Shown here: positions 61,081-64,000 of the stretch, piece by piece
How the letters are laid out: every line of letters starts with the position of its first letter
Numbering within the stretch: position 1 is the first letter of the stretch
Assembly (NCBI GenBank): GCA_029261925.1
Contig: JAJDAJ010000070.1
Location: 67,613-131,612, forward strand
Length of the DNA stretch: 64,000 nt
Direction of reading: 5' to 3'
From: Deltaproteobacteria bacterium
Lineage (GTDB): Bacteria; Myxococcota_A; UBA9160; SZUA-336
Translations under genes and position numbers: made by a program
The notes under the pieces: generated by a model
The model's database searches: none
What the model saw: the letters and a program-made list of their open reading frames with translations, nothing else
What the model was told of the DNA's origin: nothing

Positions 61081-61105
61081 CCGGAAGGAAACTGGCGCGC
61101 CCGCA
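61081..61105. repeat. Proximal copy of 25-bp direct repeat (last 13 nt of tRNA-Arg + 12 nt downstream)
   Basis: Identical to 53386-53410. Confidence 0.75.
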
Positions 61106-61169
61106 GGGACTCGAACCCCGAACCCCCTGATCCGAAGTCAGGTGCTCTATCCAATTGAGCTACGGGCGC
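61093..61169 (-). tRNA. tRNA-Arg (anticodon TCG), CCA encoded
   Basis: Reverse complement folded by hand: GCGCCCG TA GCTC AATTGGATA GAGC A CCTGA CTTCGGA TCAGG GGGTT CGGGG TTCGAGT CCCTG CGGGCGC G CCA. 77 nt, all four stems pair (one G-U), U33 present, anticodon TCG. Confidence 0.9.
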
Positions 61170-61284
61170 GTGCGGGCGCAGGGTGCCGGATCGGCCAGGG
61201 AGCTGCCAGGGATCGGGGGGACCCGGAGGGCCCGGGTGGGGCATCATCCCGCGGTCGAAACGAAGCACGTGCGGGAGGCGGTCG

Positions 61285-62382
61285 ATGGCGCGCAACAAGG
61301 CCCTGGTCGTGGGGGCGCTGGGCCTGGTGGGGCGAGCCACGGTGGAGCACCTGGAGACGCTCGAGGACTGGGACGTGGTCGGTGCGTCGCGGCGGAAGCC
61401 GGACGGGGAGTCGTCCACGCCCTTCCTCTCCTTCGATGCGCGCGACCGCGCGGCCTGCGAGGCGCAGCTCGGGGAGCTCCGGGACGTGACGCACCTGGTG
61501 TACACGGCGCTGTACGAGGCGCCGCGCCTGGGTGCGGGCTGGGTGGATCCGGCGCACGCCGAGATCAACCTGGAGATGCTGCGCAACGTGGTCGAGGTGC
61601 TCGATCAGGCCTCGCCCCTGCGACACGTCACGGTCCTGCAGGGAACGAAGGCGTACGGTGTGCACCACGGACCGCCGGCGCGAACGCCGTGCAAGGAGCG
61701 CGAGCCGCGCTACCTGCCACCCAACTTCTACTACGCGCAGGAGGACTTGCTGCGCGAGCGCGCGCGAACGCGCGACTGGAGCTGGACGGCGCTGCGGCCG
61801 CAGCTCGTGTGCGGCTTCGCGCTGGGCAGCCCCAACAACGGCGTCGCGGTGCTCGGGGTGTACGCCGAGATCTGCCGGGAGCTCGGCCTGCCGCTGCGCT
61901 GCCCGGGCGCCTCGGGGCGCATCCTGGAGGCGACCGACGCGCGGCTGCTTGCCCGGGCGGCGGTCTGGGCCGGGACCACGCCGGCGTGCGCGGGCGAGGC
62001 CTACAACATCACCAACGGCGACGTCTTCACCTGGCCCGACCTCTGGCCGCGGATCGCGGACTTCTTCGGAATGGAGGCCGGCCCGCTGCATCCGATCCCC
62101 TTCGAGGTCGTCATGGCCGACAAGCAGCCGCTCTGGGATCGCATCGTCGAGAAGCACGGCCTGCGCTACGGCATGCGGGAGCTGGTGCCGAGCTGGGAGT
62201 TCGCCGACATGATCTTCGCGACCGGCGTGCACCCGTCGCTGGGCGCGAGCGCGGCGACGCCTTCGATCCTGGTGAGCACGATCAAGGCGCGGCAGCACGG
62301 CTTCGCCGACTGCCTCGACACCGAGGACATGCTGATCGAGTGGCTCGAGGAGCACCGCCGGCGCGGCGCCCTGCCCGGCTAA
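61285..62382 (+). CDS. Atypical SDR, PRISE-like, paralog 2
   Basis: ATG 61285 with GGGAGG upstream. ALVVGALGLVG, QGTKAYG, YNITNGDVFTWPDLWPRIADFF. Collinear with CDS 43221..44270. Confidence 0.8.
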   Translation: MARNKALVVGALGLVGRATVEHLETLEDWDVVGASRRKPDGESSTPFLSFDARDRAACEAQLGELRDVTHLVYTALYEAPRLGAGWVDPAHAEINLEMLRNVVEVLDQASPLRHVTVLQGTKAYGVHHGPPARTPCKEREPRYLPPNFYYAQEDLLRERARTRDWSWTALRPQLVCGFALGSPNNGVAVLGVYAEICRELGLPLRCPGASGRILEATDARLLARAAVWAGTTPACAGEAYNITNGDVFTWPDLWPRIADFFGMEAGPLHPIPFEVVMADKQPLWDRIVEKHGLRYGMRELVPSWEFADMIFATGVHPSLGASAATPSILVSTIKARQHGFADCLDTEDMLIEWLEEHRRRGALPG

Positions 62383-62412
62383 GCGCCGGACACGACGCGC
62401 GCTGCACGGCGC

Positions 62413-63696
62413 TCAGTCGAAGACGCGCTCGCCGGTCGCCATCGCCAGCCAGCACACCGTTCCCAGCACGTACACGCCCGCGGCCAGCCCGAACACGATC
62501 TGCCACGAGCCCGTGGTGTCGAGGATCCAGCCGGTGATGCCCACGCCGACGATGCCCGGGATCGTGCCCGCGGTGTTCGAGAAGCCCAGCAGCATGCCCG
62601 CGTAGCGCGGGCCGATGTCGAGGTGGTTCACGCCGTAGCCCGCGAGCGAGAACGCGGCCAGGCCGAGCGCGCAGGCGATGTAGATCGCCGCCTGCAGCGG
62701 CGTCTCCACGCCGCCCACGGCGAGCAGGAAGGCAGCGGGCCCCAGGAAGCCGATCGTCTGCATGAGCTTGCGCACGCGCGTGATCGGCACGCCGCGGTTG
62801 AGCATGGCGTCGGCGATCCAGCCCACCGCGTTGTTGAGCACGAACATCGTCAGCCAGGGCATGACGGTGTAGAAGCCGAGCTGCGAGACATCGACGCCGA
62901 AGGCCTCGACGAAGTACGTGGGCAGCCAGCTCAGGATCACGTAGATGCCCCAGTTGTTCGCGAAGTGAGCGATGATGATCGCCCAGGTCGCGCGACGGCT
63001 CAGCAGCGTGCGCCACGAGGCGCGCGTGTCGCCGTCGAGTGGCGGGCGATTGGCCAGGATCCACTCGCGCTCACCGGTCGCGATCCTCGGATCGGTCGCC
63101 GGGTCGTCGGTGACGCCCACGCGCCAGAACAGGTACCAGACGAAGCCGATCGCCCCGAACGAGTAGAACGCCATGGGCCAGCCGAAGCGCTCCACGATCC
63201 AGGGGCAGACGAGCAGCGCCACCACGGTGCCCAGCGAGATTCCGCTGCCGACCAGGGCGATCGAGCGCGTGCGCTCGGGCAGCGGGATCCAGCGCGCCAG
63301 CATGCTGTAGGTGGCCGGAAAGGACACGCCCTCGCCCATGCCCAGCCCCACGCGCACCGCGAAGAGCACGGCCAGTGGCAGCGCCGCGACCATGGGCGTG
63401 GCCAGGGTGAATACCGACCACCAGAGAACGGCCACACCCAGCACGATCTTGCCGCCGTAGCGGTCCGCGAGCCAGCCGCCGAGGATCTGCGTGGCCAGGT
63501 AGCCGTAGAAGAACGCCGAGAGCACGACGCCCTGCGTGGACAGGCTCCAGCCGAGCTCCTGGGCCATCGGGATGATGGCGACCGAGATGTTGACCCGGTC
63601 GAGGTAGCAGATGAACGTGGAGCAGAAGCACAGGCCCACGATGTTGAAGCGCAGCGGCCAGCGGCGCGGGACGGCGGCTGCGACGGGTTCGTTCAT
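62413..63696 (-). CDS. MFS transporter, anion:cation symporter (ACS)-like
   Basis: ATG at 63694-63696 (MNEPVAAAV). CYLDRVNISVAI, GGWLADRYGGK, 12 TM-like segments. Confidence 0.85.
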   Translation of the reverse strand: MNEPVAAAVPRRWPLRFNIVGLCFCSTFICYLDRVNISVAIIPMAQELGWSLSTQGVVLSAFFYGYLATQILGGWLADRYGGKIVLGVAVLWWSVFTLATPMVAALPLAVLFAVRVGLGMGEGVSFPATYSMLARWIPLPERTRSIALVGSGISLGTVVALLVCPWIVERFGWPMAFYSFGAIGFVWYLFWRVGVTDDPATDPRIATGEREWILANRPPLDGDTRASWRTLLSRRATWAIIIAHFANNWGIYVILSWLPTYFVEAFGVDVSQLGFYTVMPWLTMFVLNNAVGWIADAMLNRGVPITRVRKLMQTIGFLGPAAFLLAVGGVETPLQAAIYIACALGLAAFSLAGYGVNHLDIGPRYAGMLLGFSNTAGTIPGIVGVGITGWILDTTGSWQIVFGLAAGVYVLGTVCWLAMATGERVFD

Positions 63697-63811
63697 GGCG
63701 CGGCATCCTACGCGAGCCGGCGCCGCGCGCGCCCGCGGCGCCGGCTGCCCCCCGCGTACCCCGGGGCCGCTCCGGATGCGCGGGTCTGCCCGGAAGGCGT
63801 AGTCTGTCGGT

Positions 63812-64000
63812 ATGCCGTCCCCACGCATGCGCTTCGGCGTCTTCCTGGCGCCCTACCACAACGACCGCGAGAGCCCCACGCTCCAGATCCGGCGCGACCT
63901 CGAGCTGGCCGAGCACCTCGACCGGCTGGGCTACGACGAGATGTGGATCGGGGAGCATCACTCGGCGTCGTTCGAGATGATCCCGTCCCCCGAGCTGTTC
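63812..64000 (+). CDS. LLM-class (luciferase-like) flavin-dependent oxidoreductase, 5' fragment cut by window end
   Basis: My own translation from ATG 63812: MPSPRMRFGVFLAPYHNDRESPTLQIRRDLELAEHLDRLGYDEMWIGEHHSASFEMIPSPELF. This is the typical LLM N-terminus (FG.F..P.......LA...D.LG.DE.W.GEHH). Confidence 0.7.
   Translation, partial: MPSPRMRFGVFLAPYHNDRESPTLQIRRDLELAEHLDRLGYDEMWIGEHHSASFEMIPSPELF

Larger units (their letters stand above)
53386..61105. mobile_element. Putative degenerate tRNA-Arg-associated genomic island (~7.7 kb between repeats)
   Basis: Exact 25-bp direct repeats, one of which overlaps the 3' end of an intact tRNA-Arg. Integrase N-terminal remnant inside. Contents unrelated to the flanking catabolic genes. 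GC looks lower by eye. Confidence 0.55.

Noticed and set aside
61034-61586. ORFs 61034..61489(+) and 61077..61586(-)
   Set aside because: They run straight through the tRNA-Arg gene and the 5' end of the PRISE-like SDR gene, so they are artefacts.
1-64000. Cohesin-like partner, exosortase, ferredoxin/reductase partners, rRNA genes, toxin-antitoxin or other defence modules
   Set aside because: I looked for them among the supported ORFs and found none that I could recognise. Absence from this window says nothing about the rest of the genome.

Overview
64-kb, very GC-rich (about 70% by eye, not computed), gene-dense chromosomal segment from a diderm bacterium. It has a TonB-dependent receptor, lipobox lipoproteins, PEP-CTERM tails and a Myxococcus-type Cys-rich repeat. 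A Myxococcota/Proteobacteria-like lineage is a guess only. I call about 50 protein genes, 1 tRNA and 1 IS element, with no rRNA and no CRISPR. The backbone is a paralog-rich set of catabolic oxidoreductase and hydrolase genes: three amidohydrolase_2 genes, two other amidohydrolases, four classical SDRs, two PRISE-like SDRs, a split acyl-CoA dehydrogenase pair plus a fused version of the same pair, a Rieske oxygenase, a Baeyer-Villiger monooxygenase, a P450, a nitronate monooxygenase, a copper amine oxidase, MmsA, an aldo-keto reductase and an LLM oxidoreductase. Two MFS transporters and one TonB receptor accompany them. Three accessory layers stand out. (i) Four secreted proteins with unrelated N-terminal cargo share a Cys-containing TSP3 + dockerin-like C-terminal module; one is co-transcribed with the TonB receptor. 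(ii) An IS1380-family element has perfect 13-bp inverted repeats and a CTAG duplication. (iii) A ~7.7-kb island is bounded by an exact 25-bp direct repeat that contains the 3' end of tRNA-Arg(TCG). It carries decayed integrase and parvulin fragments and a ~1760-aa glycine-rich PEP-CTERM protein. All functional calls come from motif recognition by eye on the supplied translations; no database search was run. Many long ORFs in the track are antisense GC artefacts and were discarded.
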